This document shows, one piece after another, positions 47,420-57,589 of a DNA stretch of 64,000 nt; the first letter of the stretch is position 1; every line of letters starts with the position of its first letter. The DNA is taken from IMG/VR virus record IMGVR_UViG_3300024353_000008, one strand, 5' to 3'. A program made the translations under genes and the position numbers. The notes beneath the pieces are model-generated. The model was not told the DNA's origin and did no database searches. It saw nothing but the letters and a program-made list of their open reading frames with translations. This stretch comes from an uncultured virus (IMG/VR IMGVR_UViG_3300024353_000008). Lineage: Duplodnaviria > Heunggongvirae > Uroviricota > Caudoviricetes.

Positions 47420-47978
47420 AGTCTGTGCAACCTGTGACCATCTAAAAAGAACCCAAGACATGCATGATATTAGTAGTCCTGACATGCATGGTCATAGAGT
47501 TGTACTAGAATGCAAGCTAACTTATCTCCCGGATGGAAAAACACGAAGTGGTCGAGTCCCATCCATTCTAACTGTTGTCGAGAGACAATCCCGTCCTTCA
47601 ATGTCGGAGCATGATTGCTTTGCCCAAGTGTTCGGTTGCAACTTCTGGAAGGGAGAAAACGGAACTAGGGTTGTCTTTGAGGTAAACCATACTTGCGCAG
47701 AATGCAGATGGTTTCACACTCGCAAAACATCAGATGGGAGCAACTTTTCCTCTTGTGGTAGATGGCTACCTGGCCTCATGGGAGAAACAAGGAAAGACGA
47801 GCGCAACGTACCAGTAATGGGTAATTGTTGGAATGGAGAAGGTGTGCCTGATTATGCACAGACCTTCGGATGCAACTTTTGGGAGGAAAAGACAAATGAC
47901 CAAGAAGCATTCACTTCTGAGCAGACGAGCGAAACCGAACAAGGAACCAGTCCAGGGTCAACCACAACCACCACTTGA
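47412..47978 (+). CDS. Cys-rich protein with duplicated CxxC...FGCNFW module
   Basis: CATC / CAEC; AQVFGCNFW / AQTFGCNFW. Confidence 0.55.
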   Translation: MNKVCATCDHLKRTQDMHDISSPDMHGHRVVLECKLTYLPDGKTRSGRVPSILTVVERQSRPSMSEHDCFAQVFGCNFWKGENGTRVVFEVNHTCAECRWFHTRKTSDGSNFSSCGRWLPGLMGETRKDERNVPVMGNCWNGEGVPDYAQTFGCNFWEEKTNDQEAFTSEQTSETEQGTSPGSTTTTT

Positions 47979-49164
47979 ATCTACACCTGAACCTGTCCAC
48001 GTCGCTACGCCAATCTCTGAACCTGCAACGAGCGTGGCTTACGCAGATGATGACAGGTTGAGAGAGGTTCAGGATCGGTGTACGAACATCGAAGAACAAT
48101 ATCCAAATCAAGCAGTCCTGTACATTGGATCAGAGCAGTATGACGCAATGACCGTTACTGTCATTGAAGGACTGCGAGAACTTGGCTTTACAGTCTACAC
48201 TCCCGACAAGCCTAACATCAATTCCTGGTTCTGCAATTCAATAGCTGAGACAGAAGAAATCGCTGATGGTACTATTCCAATCGACTTTGCGATTTCCAAT
48301 CTCGGTTGGGGTGTCCAGTGGTCCATGTACGACAAGGACGAAGGGATTGTCCCGAATGTGCCAAGGATACTGATTGACAGCGATGTCGCTAGAGGAAACT
48401 TGACCTGGCAGCAAAAGGCCAGCAAGTTGAAGGAGAAGCTACTGGAGATTCCTCCCGAGGAAATGAGCATCCTAGATATGCCAATCCAACCCTATCGTTG
48501 GACTGAGGACGAAGGTGACTACATTCCCGACGTGATTTTCACTGCACAGCCTTTCGACGAGTATGATGCAGTCTATCAGCCAATCGGAATCCAGCGGGCG
48601 TTCGATGACGTTGCCAGTTCTCTGCCACAAACCGAGACAATCCCATTTGTCTACATTCCTCTGAATCGGAAACGACGAGTAGATGACTGGGTTGTAGAAC
48701 TGGACAAGCCTGTCATCATCGAACGAAACATCCGAGGAATGACCATCGTAGACCCGGACATCGCTCAGTTGGTTGCAAGTGGTGGTAAAGATGGCGTACA
48801 CGGATGGGACCAGTGGATGTTCTATGAGGGATACTACGACTTACTGAACAAGGCCCGCTGTGTTATCTATCCCGACCACTGGGGCAGTAGACGGCCATGG
48901 GAAGCACTAGCCTGCAATGCCTTCCTCCTGATGGAGAAGCCAAGCATCGACATGAGTGACTATTCTATCATCGACGCTATGCCATTCTGTACATTCGGGT
49001 CGAAGGAAGAACTGGCAGGAAAGGTATCCTGGCTCTCTGCCCATCCGAATCAAATGGAGAAGATGAGGATTGACGCAGGCAGGATGGCTAGTCAGTACTT
49101 TGACTGTGTACCACTGGCGAGAAGGATGTTGTGGTATATCTCGCAGAAGGTTGGAGCAGGATAG
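47896..49164 (+). CDS. GT-B glycosyltransferase (CgeB/YkvP-like C-terminus)
   Basis: YYDLLNKARC...SRRPWEALAC..FLL...EELAGKV.WL; Pro-rich N-terminal extension. Confidence 0.65.
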   Translation: MTKKHSLLSRRAKPNKEPVQGQPQPPLESTPEPVHVATPISEPATSVAYADDDRLREVQDRCTNIEEQYPNQAVLYIGSEQYDAMTVTVIEGLRELGFTVYTPDKPNINSWFCNSIAETEEIADGTIPIDFAISNLGWGVQWSMYDKDEGIVPNVPRILIDSDVARGNLTWQQKASKLKEKLLEIPPEEMSILDMPIQPYRWTEDEGDYIPDVIFTAQPFDEYDAVYQPIGIQRAFDDVASSLPQTETIPFVYIPLNRKRRVDDWVVELDKPVIIERNIRGMTIVDPDIAQLVASGGKDGVHGWDQWMFYEGYYDLLNKARCVIYPDHWGSRRPWEALACNAFLLMEKPSIDMSDYSIIDAMPFCTFGSKEELAGKVSWLSAHPNQMEKMRIDAGRMASQYFDCVPLARRMLWYISQKVGAG

Positions 49165-49188
49165 AGAGAGGATGGGGCTGAGGCTTAT

Positions 49189-49296
49189 GCCGAAAGGGCC
49201 GAAAATGGAAGAAGAAGGAGAGAGGCACGGTTGTCTGAGCGAGTCCCTACGAACAATGCACCCACTTCTTTTCTTCCATTTTCGGCCCTTTCGGCC
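49189..49296. repeat. inverted pair of the dispersed repeat (copies 6 and 7), 25-bp perfect IR
   Basis: gccgaaagggccgaaaatggaagaa (49189-49213) / ttcttccattttcggccctttcggc (49271-49295). Confidence 0.9.
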
Positions 49297-49339
49297 ATAG
49301 TCTCACACACGTTCTTGAGATCAACCATAGGAGTTACCG

Positions 49340-49795
49340 ATGATTACCATTCCTGATTCTGAGGGTCTATCGAGACTGCTGTTTCTGAGTGACCTGTATG
49401 AGATGGTCCTTGGTGTACAGGGTGGCATTATCCACGTTGGTTCAAGGGATGATGATGCTGACCTATGGGATTCCTTGCATGAAGTCTATGAGCCAACGAG
49501 TGGACGCAGGAGGCTTGTTTGTGCTACGTGTGAGGATGTGCTGGAATACTTCGAGGACCATGCTAGTTATATGACAGCACTTGTCTACTTCGATGACACC
49601 GCTGGTCAGGATAAGGAATCCGTCAAGAATGTTCTTGGAGTTGTTGTACCTTATCTTGTGAGAGGGTCGGTCGTGGCGTTCAATCGTCTGGACATTGGCG
49701 AACAGCTTTTTGCAGTGAATGAGGTGATTGGGTTGAACAACTTGGCGTTGCAGAAATGGCATCCAGGGAGAAGGGATTGCTATGCAGTTGTGTAG
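49340..49795 (+). CDS. degenerate TylF/MycF-like sugar O-methyltransferase
   Basis: LSRLLFL..LYE..L.V.G.II..G; ALVYFD; YLVRGSVVAF; short for the family. Confidence 0.5.
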   Translation: MITIPDSEGLSRLLFLSDLYEMVLGVQGGIIHVGSRDDDADLWDSLHEVYEPTSGRRRLVCATCEDVLEYFEDHASYMTALVYFDDTAGQDKESVKNVLGVVVPYLVRGSVVAFNRLDIGEQLFAVNEVIGLNNLALQKWHPGRRDCYAVV

Positions 49796-51431
49796 GGTTG
49801 CCAAGGGTAGCATCGAGAGGTTTTGTGAACACTATCACGGACAATTGTTTCACGCAGTCTTGTGTGATGCTCCCTACGAAATGTCGTTCATGAATAGTCA
49901 ATGGGATGGTACTGGTGTGTCGTTCGATTCTGAGACTTGGAAAGGAATTGCCAAGTTGTTACATCCTGGCGGGTTTCTGTTCGTGTTCGCTGGAACTGTG
50001 AACGATGACCTGATTAGCGTGGCGATGAGGAAAGCTGGTCTGAGAAAGTTTCATTGTCTGAGAGGGTGGGTAAACGGTTCGGGATTTCCAAAAGCAACGA
50101 GAGTTGACGTTCAAGTAGACCAAGCAGCAGGAGTAGAACGTGAGGAGATTGGATGTCCTTCCCATATTCACAGTAGGGGAAAATCAACGTCCTTTCCAAA
50201 AAGGCCGGGAGAAAAAACAGTTGAGGAGAGTGGTAGGAAAAAGCCACAAGTAGCTGATTTCCAGCTTACTGCTCCTGTTACACCTCTTGCTAAAACCTGG
50301 GAAGGCCACCGCTATGGCTTGCAGGCTATCAAACCGGCCATCGAGACAGTTCTCGTGTTCCAAAAACCGTATGAGGGTAGAGCAGTCGATTGTATTACAG
50401 AGACGGGCGCTGGTGCATTGTGGATAGATGGCGCGCGCTTGGGTGGGAGATGGTGGAGGAGTACTACAACTAGAGATGATATGCGAGGTGGTAACTACAT
50501 TAAGGATGAGAGAAAGAGAATTGATCTTGGAGAACCACAAGAATCACATTCTAAAGGTCGCTGGCCTGCCAACTTCTTTCTTGAACACCATCCAGGTTGT
50601 AGATATGTTGGCACACGAAAGATTAAGGGAACAGGAGAAGTTACACAAGGTGGCAGGAAAAGTGTTGGCGGTATCATGAATGCAATTGGTGAATTACGTA
50701 ATAGTAAGCACCAGGGTTTTTCTGATAGTGATGGACTGGAATCTGTTGCTAACTGGGAATGTGTCGAGTCGTGTCCTGTGCAGAAGTTGGGAGAGCAGAG
50801 TGGAGAAAGGCCAAGTGGTGGAAGGAGTGGAACGTATAACGGACAGGGATTTATGGGACATCGGCGGTCACAAGATGGCAAGCCTGTTCGTTCGGTTGAA
50901 TCAAGTACTGGCACCGCTTCTCGTTTCTTCTTCCAATCTCACTGGATGCATGAACGACTTGAACAATCTGATCCAGTATTCTACTGTGGTAAAGCAACGC
51001 GAAAAGAACGTGATGCAGGACTTGATGAGTTACCACTAAAGATGCGCCACCGTGTGAATGGTGGACATGGCCTAGAAGATGATCCAAAGTTCGCACCAGT
51101 AGAAGCACGGAATATCCACCCAACTGTAAAGGCCATTGCTCTCACGAAATGGCTTGCAACCTTGCTTCTTCCACCAGAGGAATACGCACCTCGCAGACTG
51201 CTTGTTCCATTCGCTGGCTCTGGTAGTGAGATGATAGGAGCACTTTTGGCGGGATGGGAAGAAGTGGTAGGAGTCGAGTTGTCACGAGAGTACACGGACA
51301 TTGCTCGTGCTCGTATTTCTTGGTGGCAAAAGTGGATTGAGATGGGATGCACGGATGTGAATGCTATTCTGCAAGATGGTGTAAAGTTAGAGCAGGAAAG
51401 ACCAGAAGGACAATTGAGTATGTTCGAGTGA
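49782..51431 (+). CDS. N6-adenine/N4-cytosine DNA methyltransferase (beta class)
   Basis: CDAPY, GSGFPK, GRWPAN, HPTVK, PFAGSGSE. Confidence 0.88.
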   Translation: MQLCRVAKGSIERFCEHYHGQLFHAVLCDAPYEMSFMNSQWDGTGVSFDSETWKGIAKLLHPGGFLFVFAGTVNDDLISVAMRKAGLRKFHCLRGWVNGSGFPKATRVDVQVDQAAGVEREEIGCPSHIHSRGKSTSFPKRPGEKTVEESGRKKPQVADFQLTAPVTPLAKTWEGHRYGLQAIKPAIETVLVFQKPYEGRAVDCITETGAGALWIDGARLGGRWWRSTTTRDDMRGGNYIKDERKRIDLGEPQESHSKGRWPANFFLEHHPGCRYVGTRKIKGTGEVTQGGRKSVGGIMNAIGELRNSKHQGFSDSDGLESVANWECVESCPVQKLGEQSGERPSGGRSGTYNGQGFMGHRRSQDGKPVRSVESSTGTASRFFFQSHWMHERLEQSDPVFYCGKATRKERDAGLDELPLKMRHRVNGGHGLEDDPKFAPVEARNIHPTVKAIALTKWLATLLLPPEEYAPRRLLVPFAGSGSEMIGALLAGWEEVVGVELSREYTDIARARISWWQKWIEMGCTDVNAILQDGVKLEQERPEGQLSMFE

Positions 51432-51456
51432 CGAGTAGGCAATTCCATGCTATAAT
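51428..51456 (+). promoter_or_regulatory. promoter GTGACG-17-TATAAT with extended -10
   Basis: gtgacg agtaggcaattccatgc tataat, upstream of the sulfotransferase block. Confidence 0.55.
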
Positions 51457-51466
51457 ATGATGAGAC

Positions 51467-52159
51467 ATGAATCCTTACTTCTTCGTCGTTGCAATGGGTC
51501 GTAGTGGTACAAAATGGTTAGCGGACCTGCTGAACTGTTCGCCAACTACGAGTTGCTATCACGAACCATTTCCAGGAGTGGACAACGAGCAATCCTGTCA
51601 TTGGTTCTGGTCGGATGGTAACAAGGCAACAGAATACTTGAGGTGTCGAAAGGCGCTGATGGACCAGATGCGTGATGGACAGCGATGGGGAGAAGTCAAC
51701 AGTTACCTTCGGTTTGGCGTGGTCCATCTTGGACGTGTGTTCGATGGTTGTAGAATAGCTGTACTTGTTAGAGACGGTCGAGAATCGGTCAAGTCACTGA
51801 TGACGAGGAACATTTTCAAGAATGACCAACAACCGCCTATCTGGTGCAAGTCGGTTCAGCCGCCACGATCATACGAGGACAGGTTTGAAAAGGTAGTCTG
51901 GTACTGGTCTCTTACGTATCGGTTCTTGCTCAATAGTGGTATTCCCATCTTTCGTTTGGAGAATCTGAACGAGGACTATGGCAGTTTGTGTGACTTGTCT
52001 GCCTATCTTGAGATAGAGCTACCAGGCAAGAATGATTGGCAAACTAGGGCAAGGAAACCGCTTAACTGTGAAAAGGTAGACGTTATGGACTGGACCGACT
52101 ATCACGAGGAACGCTTTCAGCAAATCGCTGGTCGTATCCAAAAGGAGTTCTATGCCTGA
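51467..52159 (+). CDS. sulfotransferase
   Basis: 5'-PSB loop MGRSGTKWL, HEP, 3'-PB LVRDGRESVKS. Confidence 0.8.
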   Translation: MNPYFFVVAMGRSGTKWLADLLNCSPTTSCYHEPFPGVDNEQSCHWFWSDGNKATEYLRCRKALMDQMRDGQRWGEVNSYLRFGVVHLGRVFDGCRIAVLVRDGRESVKSLMTRNIFKNDQQPPIWCKSVQPPRSYEDRFEKVVWYWSLTYRFLLNSGIPIFRLENLNEDYGSLCDLSAYLEIELPGKNDWQTRARKPLNCEKVDVMDWTDYHEERFQQIAGRIQKEFYA

Positions 52160-52715
52160 ACTGGTCGAGTTGAGAGAGCCATATAGACCATTGCTTCCGC
52201 CTTGTGCAAACAAGTTCCTGTCTAAAATTGTTGGGAGTGGCATTCGGGTGCTTGAGTTTGGGTCAGGTGCTTCAACACTGTGGTTTGCTCAACAAGGATG
52301 TGAGGTTGTGTCGGTCGAGCATAACAGGCAGTGGGCTGCATACCTAAAGAAGTTGATGCGTGGGAAGGGATTCAATGTTGATCTTGTCGTGACAAAGAAA
52401 GAGCAGTTTCCTGATGTGGTGTCACAGTGGGATGATGATTCTTTTGATCTCGTCTTTGTCGATTGTTGGAGTAGGATCAGGAATCAATGCGTGGATGCTG
52501 CAATGTGGAAGATGATGGTTGGTGGCTGGTTGCTCCTAGATGATACACAGTGGTCATTATTGCAACTCTCAATCAAGCGAATGTCAACCCGGAATAGCAG
52601 AGACTTCTATGGTATTGTTGTTCGTGATAGTAAGCAGATTATCAAACGCAATGTTGAACACTTGAATCCACAGGCTAAAGTCGAAGTCACGAGGTGCACA
52701 TTTTGGCAGCGGTGA
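52152..52715 (+). CDS. class I SAM-dependent methyltransferase
   Basis: VLEFGSGAST, VSVEH, FDLVFVD, GGWLLLDD. Confidence 0.85.
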   Translation: MPELVELREPYRPLLPPCANKFLSKIVGSGIRVLEFGSGASTLWFAQQGCEVVSVEHNRQWAAYLKKLMRGKGFNVDLVVTKKEQFPDVVSQWDDDSFDLVFVDCWSRIRNQCVDAAMWKMMVGGWLLLDDTQWSLLQLSIKRMSTRNSRDFYGIVVRDSKQIIKRNVEHLNPQAKVEVTRCTFWQR

Positions 52716-53371
52716 TTTCCCTGACGACCATACCGTCTCGCGTGAGACATATTGAACCCTGCATCGAAAGTCTACTATTGCAGGAGTTGCCTGTTCTACT
52801 CTGGATACCAATTCACGTTGAGCGCACAGGCAACACGTTCGATGGTCATATTCCTGACTTTCTGAAACATACGTCAATCCAGGTAAGAATTGTCCCAGAC
52901 CAAGGACCGATTACCAAACTGTTGCCAGCGTTGAGGGAGGGACACGAGGCTATCGTCACGGTAGACGACGACGTGACTTATGGTAAGGGATGGGCAAGTC
53001 ATCTACTAGAAGCACTGAATGAGCACGAGTGTGTGGTTGGCTACCGAGGGAGGATCATTGGAAGTGGTAGTTACAATACTTCACGGTTAGTCATTGATCC
53101 ACCAGGACCACGAGAAGTTGACTTAATCACAGGAACTTGGGGTCGCGCTGTTCGGTCCGAGTTTTTCAAGGAGAGTATTAACGAGGAATGGAAGCAATGT
53201 CCATTGAATGACGATATAGCAGTGGATGCACACTTGAGGAGGAATAGTGTACGTCGGGTAGTCGTCAAGAGGCCCTGTGCTATCAGGCCGTATCGAGTCC
53301 ATAAGATTCACTCTCTCTGGACTGAGAACAAGGGACAGAACGATGATATGTTGAGGAGGGTTGGGTGGTAA
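52712..53371 (+). CDS. GT-A glycosyltransferase
   Basis: SLTTIPSR, GPITKLLP, IVTVDDD, NDDI. Confidence 0.8.
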   Translation: MISLTTIPSRVRHIEPCIESLLLQELPVLLWIPIHVERTGNTFDGHIPDFLKHTSIQVRIVPDQGPITKLLPALREGHEAIVTVDDDVTYGKGWASHLLEALNEHECVVGYRGRIIGSGSYNTSRLVIDPPGPREVDLITGTWGRAVRSEFFKESINEEWKQCPLNDDIAVDAHLRRNSVRRVVVKRPCAIRPYRVHKIHSLWTENKGQNDDMLRRVGW

Positions 53372-53997
53372 AGGTCTATGGGCATCCAAGAAGTGGTTGC
53401 AACTTTGCTGTGAATTTCATAGCGAGTGCATTCTATCCAGAGATTGCACAGGAGACCAAAACAGCCTGGACAGGACATTGGTCTAGCAGGACCAAGGTTG
53501 AGGCTCGTGCTCGTAAACTGTGGGGTAGTCATAAACTCTGGCATGGACAGGAGAACGGTATTCATATCGTGCGGAATGTAAAGGATATGGCTCTGTCTAT
53601 GCACCGCACCAAGCAATTCCAGCATCCATCTTGGCATGAGTTAGACTTTAGTGCTTTTATTAGAAAACCTCTTGATTGGTATGAAACACCGGGACATAGA
53701 GCAAGTTGTGGACTGAATATCATTGAGCATTGGTGCTCTCATGTTTCGTCTTGGTATGGACGGGACAATGTTCTTCTTGTTCACTACGAGGACTTGGTAA
53801 CATCACCGGGCGAGGTGATTGCTGAAGTCTCAGAGTTCATTGGCCGCGAACCCGTGAATGATCCTGATATGTCTTTGGCTGGTCCATTCCCAAGCAACAA
53901 CATAGGGACTGATAAGTGGAAAGGTGCTGTGTCAGAAAAGGACTTGAGGTACATTGACAGTATTATCAAAGGAAGGACATGGAGGCTATGGGACTAA
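53365..53997 (+). CDS. sulfotransferase
   Basis: GHPRSGCNF, IHIVRNVKDMALS, WCSHVSSW, VHYEDL. Confidence 0.85.
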   Translation: MVKVYGHPRSGCNFAVNFIASAFYPEIAQETKTAWTGHWSSRTKVEARARKLWGSHKLWHGQENGIHIVRNVKDMALSMHRTKQFQHPSWHELDFSAFIRKPLDWYETPGHRASCGLNIIEHWCSHVSSWYGRDNVLLVHYEDLVTSPGEVIAEVSEFIGREPVNDPDMSLAGPFPSNNIGTDKWKGAVSEKDLRYIDSIIKGRTWRLWD

Positions 53998-54650
53998 TAA
54001 CATTCGTGACTAGATGCTGCAAACGACCAACAATGCTTTCTCGGAACATCGAGTCTGTTAGAGCACAGACCTCGAAAGACTGGGAACAGTTGTTCATCGT
54101 GGACTCGAAGGGAGACAATGGTATACCTTGGGCCAACGAGCAGCTTTCCAGATTCAAAAGCTATATCCAGGGAGAATGGGTATTCATCTTGGATGATGAT
54201 TGCAGGCTAACTGACTTCGAGTTTGTGTCTAGTGTTCGGGATGCTCTCGTGCCCCGTGCAGATATGGTGATGGTACGGACAAGGCGACCACAGTTAAAAC
54301 CTTCTCTATTGCCACCAGATGGCAAGTGGGGAATGGAGAACAGGGAAAAGCTAGAGAAGCATGAGGGTATCCACGTCAATTGCTTGACCTATGTTGTGCG
54401 GCGCGGTCTGTGGTTGAACACGATTCACGAATTCAAAGGTCACTCTGGTGCTAGGACTTTCTTCCAGGCAGTTATGCGGGTAAAGCCTCATATCGTCTGG
54501 CTGGATAGAGTTATGTCAACTACTCAACAGTTGGGACGTGGCAAGAACTTTGAGGAATGCGAGCCTCGATGGTTCGATAGGATTGCCAAAGAATATGATC
54601 TCAAGAAGGTTGTTCCCATTCATCAGGTATGGAAGGCTACAGGGAGATGA
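53988..54650 (+). CDS. GT2-like glycosyltransferase
   Basis: SVRAQT.KDWEQLFIVD, WVFILDDD. Confidence 0.8.
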   Translation: MGLITFVTRCCKRPTMLSRNIESVRAQTSKDWEQLFIVDSKGDNGIPWANEQLSRFKSYIQGEWVFILDDDCRLTDFEFVSSVRDALVPRADMVMVRTRRPQLKPSLLPPDGKWGMENREKLEKHEGIHVNCLTYVVRRGLWLNTIHEFKGHSGARTFFQAVMRVKPHIVWLDRVMSTTQQLGRGKNFEECEPRWFDRIAKEYDLKKVVPIHQVWKATGR

Positions 54651-55273
54651 CAACTGTCATTGTACTCGGAATGCACAGGACCAGGACAAGTCTGGTTGCT
54701 CATATCTGCCAAGCACTGAGCGTGAATATGGGAGACGAGATGCTAGGCTCCCATCCCAGTCAACCTCACGGGCATTTCGAGGATGTGGAGTTTTACCAAC
54801 TCAATCAACTTGTCCTGCAAGGATGTGGTGGAAAGTGGGACAACCCACCCACAGTGCATGCAGTGGAGTTTGCTCGGGAGATGTATTCGAGAGATGCAAG
54901 AGAGTTGGTTGCACGAAAGTCTGCCAGTAAGTTGTGGGGTTGGAAAGACCCACGAACGTGCTTGACGTTACCTGTATACTGGCCCTATCTTACTGACGTA
55001 AGACTTCTGTTTATTAAGCGGAATCGAGTAAGTATCATCCGGTCTCTGATGAACCGCAGTGGAGGAAATCGCCAGAAGTGGGAACGAGTCATGAGTATAT
55101 ACGAGGAAGGAATGAACTGGGCCAGGAAACAGAATGTACCACAACTTGAGATTGATACAGACAGACTTGTGAATAGGTCTTGCGGCAAGGTAGAAGTCGG
55201 CAAGACAACAAGATTCCTTGGCAGACCGGTCTCTTTGATTGACAAGGCTGCCCAAGTAATAGCATTTAGCTAG
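54647..55273 (+). CDS. sulfotransferase
   Basis: VLGMHRTRTS, GHFED, WGWKDPRT. Confidence 0.85.
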   Translation: MTTVIVLGMHRTRTSLVAHICQALSVNMGDEMLGSHPSQPHGHFEDVEFYQLNQLVLQGCGGKWDNPPTVHAVEFAREMYSRDARELVARKSASKLWGWKDPRTCLTLPVYWPYLTDVRLLFIKRNRVSIIRSLMNRSGGNRQKWERVMSIYEEGMNWARKQNVPQLEIDTDRLVNRSCGKVEVGKTTRFLGRPVSLIDKAAQVIAFS

Positions 55274-55282
55274 GAGAGTAAT

Positions 55283-55837
55283 ATGCAAGATAATGATCTC
55301 GTCTATGGACGCACAGCACTTCGTGAAGGAATCCCTTGGATCACGCCAGGAAGTTTCGAGGTATTGGAGTCCCTAGTCCAACCGACTTGGGACGTGTTCG
55401 AGTGGGGCGCAGGTGGCTCTACTTGTTATTGGTCGAAGAAGTGCAATAGTGTGATCTCCGTCGAGCATAACCCGGAGTGGGTCACGCGGGTGTCTGGAAT
55501 GCTGATGGAAAGGAATTTGCATGCACTACTGTTACCAGTGAAGAAAGGTCCAGATGATACCTTCTACAACTATGCAGACACAATCTTGAGATACCCGGAT
55601 GAATCATTCGATCTCGTCTTTGTCGATGGTGAGGCTAGTTGCCGTGGGCGCTGTATGCTCAACGGAATGCCGAAAGTGAAACCTGGTGGCACCATGTTAA
55701 TTGACAACTCTAACTGGCTGAAGCAACGGGATTTTGAAGGGTGGGAACGACAGGACTTTATCGAAAGGGACTTGAAGTGGGTTGGACAGGAAGGGACGTT
55801 CAACTGGTGGACTAGCATTCTTGTAAAACAACACTGA
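55283..55837 (+). CDS. class I SAM-dependent methyltransferase (paralog of 52152-52715)
   Basis: PWIT, VFEWGAGGST, SVEHN, FDLVFVDG, PGG.MLIDNS. Confidence 0.85.
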   Translation: MQDNDLVYGRTALREGIPWITPGSFEVLESLVQPTWDVFEWGAGGSTCYWSKKCNSVISVEHNPEWVTRVSGMLMERNLHALLLPVKKGPDDTFYNYADTILRYPDESFDLVFVDGEASCRGRCMLNGMPKVKPGGTMLIDNSNWLKQRDFEGWERQDFIERDLKWVGQEGTFNWWTSILVKQH

Positions 55838-55841
55838 GGCT

Positions 55842-56147
55842 ATGATGAATCAAGAAGTTGAGTGTATATTACTGGACGAAAATACGCTAGAAGTCAATGG
55901 TAGCGTGAACGAGTGTGCTCGGATAAGAGAGAAGCCAGGAAATAGATTCTATGTATCATTCTATCATGACTTGTATCGACACTGGGCCAACTGGGTAAAG
56001 ATTGGCAAACCATTTCTTGCCAGGAGAACAAAGGACTATAGATTTAGTGGAGGTGCAAATAGCAGGTCACGGGCAATGAGAGACGAGCGTGCAATGCGTT
56101 CAAATGCTGCTTGGTCACGTCGTACAGGTCGTTCGATGTACAGTTAG
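55842..56147 (+). CDS. hypothetical protein
   Basis: co-directional ORF with GAGG RBS. Confidence 0.5.
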   Translation: MMNQEVECILLDENTLEVNGSVNECARIREKPGNRFYVSFYHDLYRHWANWVKIGKPFLARRTKDYRFSGGANSRSRAMRDERAMRSNAAWSRRTGRSMYS

Positions 56148-56154
56148 GATACAA

Positions 56155-56943
56155 ATGAAACTACATTCCCATCCTACCTTGCGAAACCAACGGGTGTTGC
56201 GAAGGACGACGAATAGACCTCCGTTAGTCATAGAGAACAGTCAAGCAGTTGTTGAACCTATCATCAATGCTGCTGACCTCGTGACCTGCATCATCGTGAA
56301 CTTTAAGACTGCTGAACTAACTGAGACTGCCTTGACCTCATTCTTACTACAGTATCCATTTGTGTCTGTTCTGCTAGTGGACAATGGCTCTAGCGATGAT
56401 TCTGCCCGCTACGTTAAAATAGCCGGCGATTCATTCAGTACAGTGACTACAATCCTTCATGACGAGAATATAGGTCACGGTCCCGCAATGCACAGAGCAA
56501 TTCTACAAGCCACCACTCGTTATGTGTTCACTCTAGATTCTGATTGTGTTGTGGAGGAAGGTGGCTTTCTCGAAAGAATGATCAAGGATTTCCAATCGGA
56601 CGATGGGCTCTATGCTCTTGGTTGGCTGAGAAAGGTCGATCCATTGATTGGCGTTCCTGTACCAGATAGAACGAGTAACTATCTTGAGTACATCCATCCA
56701 TCTGCTGCACTGTACGACCGGGAGAAGTATTTGCAACTGGCTCCGTTTCGACATACTGGTGCGCCTTGCACAGACAACATGCGAGAGGCAAAGAAGGCAG
56801 GATTCAAAATGCAGTCATTCCCGATTAGTCAGTACGTGGAACACTTGGAGGCAGGAACTAGGAGAATGTTTAAAGGTAAGTGGAATCCAAAAGTAGATGA
56901 GGAAGCAGGACCATGGGAGAAAGAAGGAAACTGGCCTATATAG
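56155..56943 (+). CDS. GT2 glycosyltransferase with basic N-terminal extension
   Basis: IIVNFKT, VDNGSSD, NIGHG, FTLDSD. Confidence 0.85.
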   Translation: MKLHSHPTLRNQRVLRRTTNRPPLVIENSQAVVEPIINAADLVTCIIVNFKTAELTETALTSFLLQYPFVSVLLVDNGSSDDSARYVKIAGDSFSTVTTILHDENIGHGPAMHRAILQATTRYVFTLDSDCVVEEGGFLERMIKDFQSDDGLYALGWLRKVDPLIGVPVPDRTSNYLEYIHPSAALYDREKYLQLAPFRHTGAPCTDNMREAKKAGFKMQSFPISQYVEHLEAGTRRMFKGKWNPKVDEEAGPWEKEGNWPI

Positions 56944-56950
56944 AAAAGTC

Positions 56951-57451
56951 ATGGAAATCATCATTCAGAGAAGGATTGAAGTTGATGACAATGTTGCTGA
57001 CGAGATTCGTTGGCTTAACTCTCAAGGAGTTGCTACTGAAGGCTCTTGCTCTGGTCATGGTAAAATGGCTCCCAATGCTGTAATTCGACCATCTAGCAAG
57101 GATCGCGCCATTGAACTGGGTTATTTTCCTGTCTATGACGAAAGTACTTCTTTCTTCGTCATAGAGCTAAATGGAAATGAATTCGATTGTCGATTCCCAG
57201 TGGAACTTGACGATGGCCGTGTCGCTCGATGTTGGGAAGCTCAGAGACAGCCTTATACTAACTGTGTTCTGAGTGCAGGACTTGTCAATGGAATTGAACC
57301 TGATACTGTCTACTTGAGGATGGACAAAGAGAACGAAGAACCACTTACCTTGTTTTTGAGACCAGATGAGATGCAAGCACTTGCATGGCTACTGAATGGA
57401 ACGTTGTGGTCACTTTGGACAACTAGAAATGGCAGAAGGATAAAAGTATGA
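56951..57451 (+). CDS. hypothetical protein (GSCSGH motif)
   Basis: VD...I.WLN..G..T..SCSGH. Confidence 0.55.
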   Translation: MEIIIQRRIEVDDNVADEIRWLNSQGVATEGSCSGHGKMAPNAVIRPSSKDRAIELGYFPVYDESTSFFVIELNGNEFDCRFPVELDDGRVARCWEAQRQPYTNCVLSAGLVNGIEPDTVYLRMDKENEEPLTLFLRPDEMQALAWLLNGTLWSLWTTRNGRRIKV

Positions 57452-57585
57452 TAACTAAACATTCACATCCAGTTCTCAGGCGACAACCGCCACCGAGACA
57501 GAGTGTACCAAAGGTGATCGTGCAGGCAGAGAAGAAACTGACAAGGCCAATTGTAAGAAAAAAGCGAGTGGGATGTTGTGGATAG
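57448..57585 (+). CDS. 45-aa basic peptide ending GCCG (below the ORF-track cutoff)
   Basis: MITKHSHPVLRRQPPPRQSVPKVIVQAEKKLTRPIVRKKRVGCCG; ATGA overlap with the upstream gene, ends 4 nt before the next ATG. Confidence 0.6.
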   Translation: MITKHSHPVLRRQPPPRQSVPKVIVQAEKKLTRPIVRKKRVGCCG

Positions 57586-57589
57586 AAAT

